From an uncultured Acidobacteriota bacterium (GTDB lineage Bacteria > Acidobacteriota > UBA6911 > RPQK01 > JAPXNP01), in the NCBI GenBank assembly GCA_963777605.1, contig CAVZRV010000027.1:384001-448000 (forward strand): a stretch of DNA of 64,000 bases, read 5' to 3'. Within the stretch, counting starts at the first letter, position 1. The number at the start of each line of letters is the position of its first letter. The position numbers were made by a program, and so were the translations under genes. Shown here one piece after another: positions 49,491-59,894 of the stretch. The notes under the pieces were generated by a model that saw nothing but the letters and a program-made list of their open reading frames with translations, searched no databases and had not been told where the DNA came from.

Positions 49491-50393
49491 ATGGAATATC
49501 GGAAATTCGGCCGGCTGGGTTGGGAGGTTTCGGCCGTCAGCCTGGGAACGGTTCAACTCGGTATGCCTTACGGTTTCACTTACGAAGGTGAAGCAGAGGT
49601 CCCTTCGAGACGGGATGGGATCCGGCTCCTCCTCGACGCCTTTGAATCCGGAATCAACCTGGTCGATACCGCCCCGACCTACGGCGCAGCCGAAGAGATC
49701 GCCGGCGAAGCCCTACGCCAGTGGAAGGGATCAAAGATCTTCGTCGCCACAAAGATTCCTACCTGGGGCAATGACCTGGCAATCTCAGTCGAACAGAGCC
49801 TTCGCAAGCTGGGTCGAGAGTCGGTTGATTTACTCCAAATCTACAGCCATTCGGACGATTGGAATGCTGTTCTTCGCAGCCTCGAGATAGCTCTTAATTG
49901 CCAAGATACAGGAAAAATTCGGGCTATCGGCATTTCCATTTATGACGAGGCCATCGCCCTAAAGGCTCTTGAACTGGAGGAGATCCAGGCAATCCAGCTT
50001 CCGTTCAACATGCTTGATCAGCGCATGGCAATTAAGGTCCTGCCTGCGGCGGCAAGAAATCTGGTAGGAGTGTTGGGCCGGTCAACGCTGCTCAAGGGTG
50101 TATTGACCGACCGCCGGCAACTGATGCCGAGTCAATTCGGCAGTCTGGTCGAAATGGCCGATCGACTAGCTGTTCGACTTCGCGAAGTGGGTCTAGGATT
50201 GCCCGCCGGGGCTCTTCGCTTCGCTGTTTCGAACAAGGGTCTCACGAGCGTCCTCATCGGGGCCAGGAATCGAACGGAATTGAATGCTGCCATAGGGGCC
50301 CTGGAATCAAGGGTCGACCTGGATTGGTCCGTACTGCAGGAGGGTTTCTCTCAGCCCAACTCATCAGTTGATCCTCGAACTTGGCCCGCTTGA
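49491..50393 (+). CDS. Aldo/keto reductase
   Basis: LGTVQLGMPYG, GIN.VDTAP.YG.AE, VATK, IGISIY, QLPFN.LDQR. Confidence 0.88.
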   Translation: MEYRKFGRLGWEVSAVSLGTVQLGMPYGFTYEGEAEVPSRRDGIRLLLDAFESGINLVDTAPTYGAAEEIAGEALRQWKGSKIFVATKIPTWGNDLAISVEQSLRKLGRESVDLLQIYSHSDDWNAVLRSLEIALNCQDTGKIRAIGISIYDEAIALKALELEEIQAIQLPFNMLDQRMAIKVLPAAARNLVGVLGRSTLLKGVLTDRRQLMPSQFGSLVEMADRLAVRLREVGLGLPAGALRFAVSNKGLTSVLIGARNRTELNAAIGALESRVDLDWSVLQEGFSQPNSSVDPRTWPA

Positions 50394-50528
50394 TCCGGAA
50401 TTGGCTCTCAAGGGATTTCCCATCACGAATTTGGCCGACTAATCTTCCTCGCATTCGGTAACTTGTTGTGGGGAAGGAGCATCCAAAATGGATGCCCTCC
50501 CAATTTTCCGGAAGATCACTGTGCTGCA

Positions 50529-51509
50529 ATGATCATTTGTAGAACACCTTTAAGGGTTAGCTTCTTCGGAGGAGGGACCGATTTTCCTGAGTTCTTCAGT
50601 GAGAACGGCGGGGCGGTTTTGGGAACGGCTATCGACAAGTACATCTACCACTGCGTCAGCCCGTTTCCGTCAGAGTTATTTGACTATTCAATTCGCCTCT
50701 CTTACCGACGAACTGAGTGCGTGAACAAGCTGGATGAGATAAAGCATGCGCCCTTTCGCGAACTACTCCGGCATTTTGGGCTAGAAAGGGACGTGGAGAT
50801 CTCACTGTCGGCCGACCTCCCGGCCTTTTCGGGTCTTGGATCATCTTCCAGTTTTACTGTAGGTCTGGCACATGCGCTGTCAGCCTTCTCCGGCCGTTTC
50901 CTGGCAAGAGAGGACCTCGCGAAGCTTGCCATCGACGTGGAACGGGGGGTTCTCCAAGAGACGGTGGGATTTCAGGACCAGATCTTCGCAGCTTACGGTG
51001 GGATGAATCTGATCGAATTCGACAGAGGGGGCGGGTTTAACGTACATCGCATCACCCTGTCCAACGGCCGATTAGAGGAATTCGAAAATTCCATAATGCT
51101 CTTCTTCACGGGGGTAACACGGCGCGCCAACGAAATCGAAAGAAACAAGCTCGCACGACTCAGTGAGATTCGAGGCAGTCTATTACGCATCTACCGATGT
51201 GTCGATAAGGCGAACAATCTTCTTACGGGAAATGGCTCCCTCACTGAGTTTGGGCGACTGCTTCACGAGAGTTGGATGGAGAAGCGCTCCTTGAACGGTG
51301 ACGTAACAAGTCCCAGCATTGACAAGATGTATCAACTTGGCATCGAGGCGGGGGCCCTCGGCGGAAAGCTCCTCGGGGCTGGTGGTGGCGGATTCTTGGC
51401 ATTCTTTGTCCCTTTCGAACGACAAGGTAAGGTGCGGGAGGCACTCAATGGACACTATGAGATCGCCTTTTCCATGAATGCTCCTGGAAGCACGATCGTC
51501 CATTCTTGA
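50529..51509 (+). CDS. hddA: D-glycero-alpha-D-manno-heptose-7-phosphate kinase (GHMP family)
   Basis: RTPLRVSFFGGGTD, P..SGLGSSS, G.QDQ..AAYGG, GGKLLGAGGGGF. Confidence 0.85.
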   Translation: MIICRTPLRVSFFGGGTDFPEFFSENGGAVLGTAIDKYIYHCVSPFPSELFDYSIRLSYRRTECVNKLDEIKHAPFRELLRHFGLERDVEISLSADLPAFSGLGSSSSFTVGLAHALSAFSGRFLAREDLAKLAIDVERGVLQETVGFQDQIFAAYGGMNLIEFDRGGGFNVHRITLSNGRLEEFENSIMLFFTGVTRRANEIERNKLARLSEIRGSLLRIYRCVDKANNLLTGNGSLTEFGRLLHESWMEKRSLNGDVTSPSIDKMYQLGIEAGALGGKLLGAGGGGFLAFFVPFERQGKVREALNGHYEIAFSMNAPGSTIVHS

Positions 51510-51602
51510 TTCGACGAGGTCGAGACTGCGCCATCAGATTTTGGAAAACCGATCGAGCACAGAGTCCTCTTGCCGCAATAAGCGGGAGCAATGTAATCAC
51601 CT

Positions 51603-52535
51603 ATGAAGATCTTGATAACTGGTGGAGCTGGGTATATCGGCTCCGTTTTGACACCAGAACTGCTTGTGGCAGGCCATGCCGTCACAGTCCTGGATAATTT
51701 CCTGTTTCGCCAAAACTCACTGGCGGATTGTTGCCATTTTGAGCAATTCAATGTGATTCGCGGAGATTGTCGAGATGAACATTTATTGGGTAGCCTCGTC
51801 TCCAAACATGACGTGATCATTCCTCTGGCGGCCTTGGTCGGCGCCCCCATGTGCAACCAGGACCCGATCGCGGCACACAGTATAAACCTCGGTTCTATAG
51901 AGACGCTCTGTCGCATCGCTTCTCCTGACCAGTGGATCCTCCTTCCCATCACAAACAGCGGTTACGGAATCGGAGAGAAAGACAAGTTCTGCACAGAAGA
52001 GACCCCTCTCCGCCCGATATCGCTCTATGGCAGCACTAAGGTGGAAGCCGAATCTGTCGTACTCGAGCGTTCAAACAGCCTGAGTTTTCGCTTGGCGACC
52101 GTCTTCGGCATGTCCCCACGGATGCGCACCGACCTGCTCGTCAACGACTTTGTCTACAGAGCTGTCAATGACCGCGCCGTTGTGATTTTCGAAGGTCACT
52201 TCAAGCGCAACTACATCCACGTCCGAGACGTCGCCAGATTGTTTGCCTACGCGCTCGACAACTTCGATTCGATGAAAGGCCGTCCATACAATGCCGGCCT
52301 CGATGACGCCAACCTGTCGAAGCTCGAACTATGCGCAGCAATCAAGAGACAGATCCCTGGGTTTGTTTGCCTCGAGGCACCCATCGGAGAAGACCCCGAC
52401 AAGCGAGACTACATCGTTTCGAACCAGCGCCTCCTGTCGACGGGTTTTCGCACCGAGTGGGACTTGGGCCGGGGCATCCGGGAACTGATCAAGGGCTACA
52501 CCATCCTTCGGAACAACCAATACGGCAATGTCTGA
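51603..52535 (+). CDS. GDP-heptose C4-dehydrogenase-like extended SDR (Cj1427/WcaG-like)
   Basis: ITGGAGYIGSVLTP, IIPLAALVGAP, TNSGYGIGEKD, LRPIS.YG..K, FRLATVFG.SPRMR.DLLVNDF, RNYIHVRDV, IGEDPDKRDY; these match C. jejuni Cj1427 as recalled. Confidence 0.85.
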   Translation: MKILITGGAGYIGSVLTPELLVAGHAVTVLDNFLFRQNSLADCCHFEQFNVIRGDCRDEHLLGSLVSKHDVIIPLAALVGAPMCNQDPIAAHSINLGSIETLCRIASPDQWILLPITNSGYGIGEKDKFCTEETPLRPISLYGSTKVEAESVVLERSNSLSFRLATVFGMSPRMRTDLLVNDFVYRAVNDRAVVIFEGHFKRNYIHVRDVARLFAYALDNFDSMKGRPYNAGLDDANLSKLELCAAIKRQIPGFVCLEAPIGEDPDKRDYIVSNQRLLSTGFRTEWDLGRGIRELIKGYTILRNNQYGNV

Positions 52536-53292
52536 GACACCGGACGCGAGGGCAGTCATCCTTGCGGGAGGCTTGGGTACCCGTGTTCGCCATCTCCTGA
52601 GCGGGGTCCCCAAGCCGATGGCTCCGGTAGCCGGCAGGCCTTTCCTCGATTGGATTGTGGATTGGATCCATCAGTCCTGTGGCGTCGGCAACTTCCTTGT
52701 TTCTACCGGATACCTTGGGGAGGCCGTCGAGAGGCATTACCGGACGCCCCGCACCAGGGGACTGGAGATCAGATGCTTTCGGGAATCCGATCCAATGGGA
52801 ACAGCCGGCGGTTTTCTCAATTGCGTCAAGTCGGACCGGCAGCCCCACCCATCAAACTGGCTCGTGGCAAACGGCGATTCCCTGGCTGTCGCTGACTTGA
52901 GCGACCTGTTGGCAGCCCTGGACGACCCCACCGTTGCAGGTGCGATTCTCGGTGTGAGGGTAAAGGATGCCTCCCGCTACGGGAAAATCGAAGCAACCGC
53001 TGCCGGACGACTCGCCGGCTTTCGCGAGAAGTCTCCAGGGTCAGGGCTCATCAATGCGGGCATCTACGCATTCCGGCACGACATAATCGAGAGTTTTCCC
53101 TCAAAGATTCCACTCAGCTTTGAAGTGGATGTCTTTTCGCAGCTGTTGAATCGGTACAAGATCGCCGTGGTCCAGTGCAGCGGCCCATTTCTGGACATCG
53201 GCACCGAGGAGTCGCTGCGCGAGGCAGAAGCTTTCATTCGCTCGAATTTCTCCGATCCGTCTGCCGCGTCGGATCAAGGTTTGAAGCTATGA
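52528..53292 (+). CDS. hddC: Heptose-1-phosphate guanylyltransferase-like nucleotidyltransferase
   Basis: ILAGGLGTR, PKPMAPV.GRPFL, GTAG, NGDS, INAGIY, SFE.D, FLDIG. Confidence 0.8.
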   Translation: MSETPDARAVILAGGLGTRVRHLLSGVPKPMAPVAGRPFLDWIVDWIHQSCGVGNFLVSTGYLGEAVERHYRTPRTRGLEIRCFRESDPMGTAGGFLNCVKSDRQPHPSNWLVANGDSLAVADLSDLLAALDDPTVAGAILGVRVKDASRYGKIEATAAGRLAGFREKSPGSGLINAGIYAFRHDIIESFPSKIPLSFEVDVFSQLLNRYKIAVVQCSGPFLDIGTEESLREAEAFIRSNFSDPSAASDQGLKL

Positions 53293-53819
53293 AAATACGA
53301 GAATCCAAGCTGATCACCGACCTGAAGACGATCTTTCCGGAGGTGTTCTACGACTTCCGCGGCGAATACGTCGAAACCTACAACACGGACCGCTATCGAT
53401 TCACCGATCGAAACGGGCATCCACTCGTCTTTGTGGAGGATGACGTGTCGGTCTCGAAGAAAAATGTGCTCCGGGGCCTTCACGGCGACGGGAAGACATG
53501 GAAGCTGATCCAGTGCCTGCTCGGTGAAATCTACGTTGTGGTTGTCGACATGCGCGAACAATCGCCGACTCACCTGAACTGGGAGGCATTCACCCTCAAT
53601 GAGAAGAACCGCTATCAGGTCCTGGTTCCCGCGGGATGCGCAAACGGCCATCTTTGCCTGACTGAACGCTGCATCTTCTCCTACAAGCAGTCCGAGTGCT
53701 ACACGGGGATGGAGAACCAGTTCACAGTCCGATGGGACGATCCGAAACTGGGAGTCTGGTGGCCCATTCGGGAACCGCTCTTATCCCAGCGTGACGGCGG
53801 GGCAGCATTATTGGACTGA
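53289..53819 (+). CDS. RmlC-family NDP-4-keto-sugar 3,5-epimerase (Cj1430-like)
   Basis: DFRGEY, S.KNVLRGLH, VVVDMR..SPT, VPAG.ANGH, WDDP.L..WP...P.LS.RD. Confidence 0.88.
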   Translation: MKIRESKLITDLKTIFPEVFYDFRGEYVETYNTDRYRFTDRNGHPLVFVEDDVSVSKKNVLRGLHGDGKTWKLIQCLLGEIYVVVVDMREQSPTHLNWEAFTLNEKNRYQVLVPAGCANGHLCLTERCIFSYKQSECYTGMENQFTVRWDDPKLGVWWPIREPLLSQRDGGAALLD

Positions 53820-53824
53820 ATACA

Positions 53825-54752
53825 ATGAAAATCCTCGTCTTCGGCGGCACTGGATTCGTTGGGCGGCACCTGATTCCCCGCCTCCGGGAGGAAGGCCACG
53901 AAGTCGTTGCCCCGTCTTCAAAAGAAATCGACCTTACACGAGCAGTCCTGGAGGATTGGAACCCGCCCGTGACCTTCGAACGGATCTACCACCTCGCCGC
54001 ATGGACGAGGGCCGGCGAGTTCTGTGCCACTCAAGGCGGCGAGCAATGGATCGTCAACCAACGGATAAATACTAATGTGCTCGCGTTTTGGGCACGTCGC
54101 CAGCCCCAGGCCAAGATGATCGCTTTCGGGACAAGCGTCTCCTATGCCAAGGACGTTCCCCTAACCGAGGACAACTATCTGGCCGGCCTGCCGATCGATC
54201 GCTTCTACGGCTACGCGATGAGCAAGCGCATGCTGCTCGTCGGGCTGCAGACCCTGCGCTCGCAATTCGGACTCGAGTACCTCTATGTTGTTCCCTCCAC
54301 GATCTTCGGCCCAGACTACCACCTGGACGGGAGACCCTTGCATTTCATCTATGACTTGATCGGAAAATCATCCGGGGGAAGCGCTTTGGCGAACCCGTTG
54401 TCCTCTGGGGCGACGGCTACCAACGCCGCGAGTTGATCTACATCAACGATTTCATCGCAATTCTGCAGAGTCTTGCCGACCTTCGGCAAAGCGCCATTTT
54501 CAACGTCGGCGCCGACGAAGAATACACGATCCGACAGTTTGCGAAGATGATCTGCGAAGAGGTCGGATATCCGTCAAAAAGACTCTCTTTTGATACGGGC
54601 CGTTATGTCGGCGTGAAATCCAAGTGCCTCTTCGGTCGAGAAGAGCCCGGCAGGCCCTGGGCGACTACCACACGAATGACTTGGCGAGCGGCCTCATGAA
54701 AACGATTCACTGGGTGGATGAGTCGAAGCTCTTCGAGCAGACCTCAGGTTAA
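53825..54752 (+). CDS. GDP-L-fucose-synthase-like C4 reductase (Fcl/Cj1428-like), split by two frameshifts (about 54366 and 54630)
   Basis: GGTGFVG, DLT, HLAA, Y.YAMSKR; continues as LWGDGYQRRELIY.ND and FNVG, ending TIHW...SG* at 54752. Confidence 0.8.
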
Positions 54753-54809
54753 TTTCGCATTCACCAGAAATAAGAACGTGATAAGAGCGACGTTCGAAAG
54801 TGCTGCGTT

Positions 54810-55535
54810 GTGAGGCTTCTGATCAAGGATCTGATTGGCAAGGACCGTGTGGTTTACAGAGATGGACCCGGACTTTCAACGTTTGACGAAGCGTTGAGGC
54901 GGTTCGATGCAACACCGAATGCCCTCAGAGATGAGAATATGGATTTGGGACCCAGCCGCAACATCCGGTTATATAAAAAGGTCCTTTTCAATGTTGCTTC
55001 AGTCATAAGACCGAAGCTTGTAGTCGAACTCGGTGTAAGGCAAGGATACTCTTCGGATGCCTTTATCCGCACACTTTCTCTTTCCAAGGGAAAACTGTTT
55101 AGCTTTGATCCTCAGGACAAGGTCAACCGATCACACCTGATATCGGAATTTGAAGATATCTGGACGTACCACAGCTTGACTGGCGAAGAGGGTTATAAGC
55201 GCTATTCCAGTGAACTTGGCGAAATCGACATGCTTTACATTGACACCGATCCGCACTCATATGAACAAATGCGGATGTGGCTCCGTCGGTACTGGATCCG
55301 CAATCTGCGCCCAGGTGGCTATGTAGTGTTCGATGACTGCGCTCCGCAACACCAGCAGGAAGTGGCCGATTCCGACGTCCCCTCAGGAGTCTGGAGTGTT
55401 GGCGCTCGCTACGGGGTATTAAGAGCGGTTCTCGAGTTTATTCGGGAGAATTCGCAGAGGGTAGATTTTGCCGTTGCCTACAGCAATGTTCTCAGTAATG
55501 GCATTGGAGTGATGAAACTCAGCCAAGGTTGGTGA
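54810..55535 (+). CDS. Class I SAM-dependent methyltransferase (Methyltransf_24-like)
   Basis: PKLVVELGVRQGYSS, SFD, IDMLYIDTD.HSYE, LRPGGYVVFDD, GV..AV.EF. Confidence 0.85.
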   Translation: MRLLIKDLIGKDRVVYRDGPGLSTFDEALRRFDATPNALRDENMDLGPSRNIRLYKKVLFNVASVIRPKLVVELGVRQGYSSDAFIRTLSLSKGKLFSFDPQDKVNRSHLISEFEDIWTYHSLTGEEGYKRYSSELGEIDMLYIDTDPHSYEQMRMWLRRYWIRNLRPGGYVVFDDCAPQHQQEVADSDVPSGVWSVGARYGVLRAVLEFIRENSQRVDFAVAYSNVLSNGIGVMKLSQGW

Positions 55536-55660
55536 GGCCCAAGATTCTGTAGCGAGACTGCGAGTTTCTGCTGCCTGGATCGGGCCCGACAGCCCGCGCT
55601 GGCGACGTCAGTCCTGCACTGCTCCACGATCTTGACTAGTTCCGCGGACGAGAGACCAAG

Positions 55661-57994
55661 ATGACCAAATCGAGACTGCTGTTCGTGCTGGGGCCCGCCC
55701 GGTCGGGAACGACCTTTACCATGGCACAGCTGAACCGCTCGGATCAGGTCTTTCTGCTGTCGGAGATCAACTCCTACCAACTGCGCACCGGAGGGCTCAC
55801 GGACGGTTGCTCCGCCCCGACCTTCGCTGAGGCGTTCAACTTGCGCAAAGCCCAGGAAGGCAATACCCAGCAGAAGGGCTCGTTTATCCCCGACGCCGCC
55901 CGGTTTCGCTCCGTGGAGGAGTTGTACAACGCATTGGCGGCCCAATATCAGGTCGTCGGCGAGAAAGTTGCTATCAGCGGACCGGCGGTCGGCGGGCGCT
56001 TCCCTGCCGAGGATCTTTTTGATGTCCAGCTCCACGAGCATTTCCACGCTCACCATTTGCTTCTGCTTCGGCGACCTGCCGAGACTCTGGACTCGTTGAT
56101 TCTGAACGTTCCGGCGATTCCGATCGAAACGCACTTCGAGGGCATCCTCTGGAGTTTCGACCGCCTCTTCGAGTTGAGTTGGGTATTGCCGAGGGCGCGT
56201 ATAGTGTTTTACGAACGCCTGAGCGGTGAGACCTTCAAGGCGGTCTTCGACTGGCTGGGGTTGGAATGGAGCGCTGTCTCCCCGATACCGTACGCCCCGC
56301 GGTCCCGGCTCGACTGGTCACTCCGTCGGCAAGAGTTGTTGAGCAAGGTTCCGGCACTTGAGCGGCTCGAACTGATCTATGAAGAGTTGCTCGCCAAGAC
56401 CGCACCTTCACCTTTCTGGGTCCGCGCAGAGACGGGAAGCTACAGGTCGGCCCCGGTGTACGATCGGATTGGCTCAGCCCTGCGAGGATTGATCGACGAC
56501 CATCAGAAGGGACGTGTTTTCGCATTCCAGGGAAAGTCACTCCAGTCGGTGCAACCTTCCGACGGTCCTAAGGTTGTCCTGGAGACACTTCACCCTTTGG
56601 CCTGGGAGAGCGTGGACCATCTCCACCCGCTCGGCACCAAGCAGGACAACTACCGCTCCGCCCCGTTTACGCGGAAGCTGTTGGAACTGTATGCTGACCT
56701 GCCGTTGAGCGTGTTGGATCTCGGGTGCGCCGGCGGAGGATTCGTCAAAGAGATCACGGAGGCCGGGCATCTGGGGGTAGGTCTGGAAGGCAGCGACTAC
56801 TCTCTGAATACTCAAAGGGCCGAATGGCCGACCATCCCCGACCGCCTGTTTACCTGCGACTGCTCGCAGCCGTTTTCCCTCTACCTGGAGCACGATGGCA
56901 CCCGCGAACCAGCCAATTCAACGTGGTAACCGCCTGGGAGTTTCTCGAGCACATTCCCGAGGAGCGACTGCCCACGGTGGTGGAGAACGTCCGGCGCCAT
57001 CTACACCCGACGGAAGGCCTTTTCATAGCCTCGATCCACCTGCGTCCCTGCTCGGTCGAGGGGATCGAATATCACGCCACTGTACGTCCCGAATGGTGGT
57101 GGAGATCCCTTTTCCTGGATCACGGCTTCTACCCGCTGGATCGGGCCCTCGACTACTTCGGCGATGACTGGGTTCGCGGACCGTCGGTCGAACAAAACGC
57201 ATTGGGCAGTTTCCATATCGTGATGACGCTGTCCCCCGGCGGCCCGATTGTCCGCCGCATCGACCGTCTGGCGTCCCAGGATTTCTCGCATGCTCACCTT
57301 GGGCAAGTCGAAATGAAGCAGATGCTGCTCGAGCTTCAGGGTAAGTTTGAGAGATCAGTGAACCAAGAAAAGAAGATCCGGCAAGACCTGATTGAGACTC
57401 GTGAGAGGCATGGCAAGGCCTTACGTCGCGAAGAAGAGATCCGGCAGGCCTTGATTGAGACTCGTGAGAGGCATGGCAAGGCCTTGCGTCGCGAAGAAGA
57501 GATCCGGCAGGCCCTCGATTGAGACTCGCGAGAAGCTGAAAAGGGCGCTTATCCGTGACGAACGGCTGACGCGCGAAATGGCATCTTCCAACAGGGACTT
57601 GGAGCAGACTCGCCACCGCCTGATTCTCGCAGAATCCGAATCCAACTCCTACTCTTGGCCAAATCTGTGCCGCGCGGCAGCGCAAGCGATCCAGTACTGT
57701 CGCGAGCACCATCTCGAGTCAGTTGCACTTTACGGAGCGAGCAATCATACCGAACAGCTTCTTCCGGTCTGGAGGGCCCTGAACGGCCCCAGGGTACTGG
57801 CAATTCTGGTGAGTGAGACCACGGACCGTACCGCCTTCGGTCTCCCAGTGATCTGCATCTCGGATCCGATACCGTCCGAGATTCAGGCAGTTATCCCCTC
57901 CTCACATCGATTCGAATCCACGATGCGTCAGAAATGGATTGCCCAGTATCCCGAAATCTCTTGGGTCAGATTCTGGGAACGCGACGACACCTGA
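55661..57994 (+). CDS. Multidomain protein: sulfotransferase-like, SAM methyltransferase, coiled-coil repeat and C-terminal Rossmann-like domain; split by frameshifts at about 56915 and 57515
   Basis: LFVLGPARSGTT (PAPS loop), LLRRP..TLDS, VFYERL; VLDLGCAGG, F.VVTAWEFLEHI, WW..LF..GF; 21-aa repeats; VALYGASNHT...AVIPSS..E. Confidence 0.75.
57375..57531 (+). repeat. 63-bp coding tandem repeat (about 2.5 copies, IETRERHGKALRREEEIRQAL)
   Basis: ATTGAGACTCG starts at 57391, 57454 and 57518. The third spacing is 64 nt, i.e. one extra base at the frameshift. Confidence 0.9.
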
Positions 57995-58102
57995 AGCTCA
58001 GACCGAGCTTGCGCTGCAATAGAAGGAACCTCTCCTCAGAACGTGAAGATTCACTGAACGCTTTTTGAGCAGACAAACCCAACTCCGGAGATTCACCGGC
58101 CT

Positions 58103-59832
58103 ATGAAGCTCAACCGAAAATTCCGTTGCCTAATGACCTATCCTTGGGATCTCGCCACACCGTGCGGAGCGCAGACCGCCCTCATGAGCCACGCTGCGGC
58201 GCTAAAGGAGGTCGGCGGAACAGTCGATGTTATAGGGCACTCTACAGCTGACTGAACGGAAATTGCGCAAGTTCCCTGCTTTTGACAGTTCTTTCGAACG
58301 AGTCTTCCTGATCCCTAAGCCAGGGGACCCTGCCGCCAAATGGCATCGCGCAGATCGGTAAATCCATCTTTGATTCAGAACTTCCAAATTTGCCGGGCCA
58401 AGACCCATTGTTCTTGGGCGCAGCCGGCATCATGGCAAGTTTGGGACATTATGACATAGTTGAAATCAACTACACCCGCACACACACTATTAAGAGGCTT
58501 TTGCCGAAGACTGTTCCAAGAATCCTATCAACACTTGACCTGGATTCGGCCGTACTTAGACAGGAGGGCGCCGTATTTGGGTACGAAACCGCCTACTCAC
58601 TAGAGGACGAGGTCCGAAGAATGCAGGATTTTGACCTCATCACCGTAGTAGGCCCCACGGATCTTGCGAGAGTGAAGTCTGTTTCGAGCGATCTGCGAGT
58701 TATCGAGGTCCCGGCATTCCTTCCCGAAGAACTCCCGGAGATGCCCCCATCTTCCGTGACGGAACAGCAAGAGACTCTTAGGATTGCTTCTGGCGGCTTC
58801 AAACGCCAAGTTCAACCAAGTCTCCTTTACATGGTTTTGGACACGAGCATGGCCTCGAATTCGCAAGGCATCTCCCAAGGCCCGCCTCGTTATCGTTGGA
58901 GAAATTGTGCATACTGCCATTTCGCTTCGGGCCCACCAGGATTCGCGGGTGGAACTTCGCGGAGTGGTCCCCGACATGAAACCCGTGTTGGACAATTCTG
59001 CAATAGCGCTGGCGCCTTACTATTACGGAGACGGAGTCAAGCTAAAAGTACTGACGGCGCTGGCTCGCGGAATTCCGGTAGTGACTACCTCTTTGGGCAT
59101 TACCAACACTCGGCTGAAACCCTCTCGTCAAGTTCTCATCGCTGACGCAGCAGATTCGTTCGCGGACTGCGTCCTAGCTCTGCTCGAGTCAGCCAAGAAG
59201 CGAGCATCCATGGGGAAGGCGGGTCTGGAATTTGTGCGCCGACACTATGCCAGCGAAACGGCATTTCGCCCTTACCAGCTTGCCGTTCTCGAGCTCATTC
59301 GGGACTACCCGAGAGAAGGGACAAGTCAATTGTCGCGAGGACAGAACAGGCCTGCCCTGGTTAATTGAGGGCCTCCGCCATCTCGATCCCCTGGGCCATT
59401 TACCGATGCCGCCAAATGAAAGCCGCGAAAGTGGCGGTGTATGGTGCTGGTACCCATACGAGCATCCTGATAGACCTGTGGAAGCATCATCGGGGACCAT
59501 TGATCGAAATGATACTAGTCACAGACTTGGAACACGCTGAGGATTCCTCGTTGATGGGGTATCCAGTCTGCACACTGGATGAGTTTGATTCCGAACGAGT
59601 TGATGCAGTCGTGATGTCCTCTCACTCACACGAGTTGATGATGTCCCAAATATGTCAGGAGCGTTGGCCCGAGATACCCAGAATTCCAATCTGGTACCCT
59701 CCCGCCGTTGATCTGGAGCCAGCATTTCCGGAAGGAGATGAGCCAATCTGGATGGACTCTTCCGCCTTGCCTTATTGCCAGAATGAATTGCCAGAGGAAG
59801 TACTCCAAGCGGTAAGGCCACGGAACGCATGA
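58103..59832 (+). CDS. GT4-like glycosyltransferase with C-terminal Rossmann-like domain, fragmented by several frameshifts
   Basis: ATG at 58103 (MKLNRKFRCLMTYPWDL..CGAQ); fragments 58390.., 58784.. (N..SF.WF....WP.I, GDGVKLKVL.ALA.G.PVVTT..G) and 59365.. (VAVYGAGTHT). The join to the last fragment is inferred. Confidence 0.65.
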
Positions 59833-59894
59833 AACGGCGGGCGGCGAGCGCACTAATACTGGTTCTGATCTCAATAGAAGAGAGGGGGACGACT

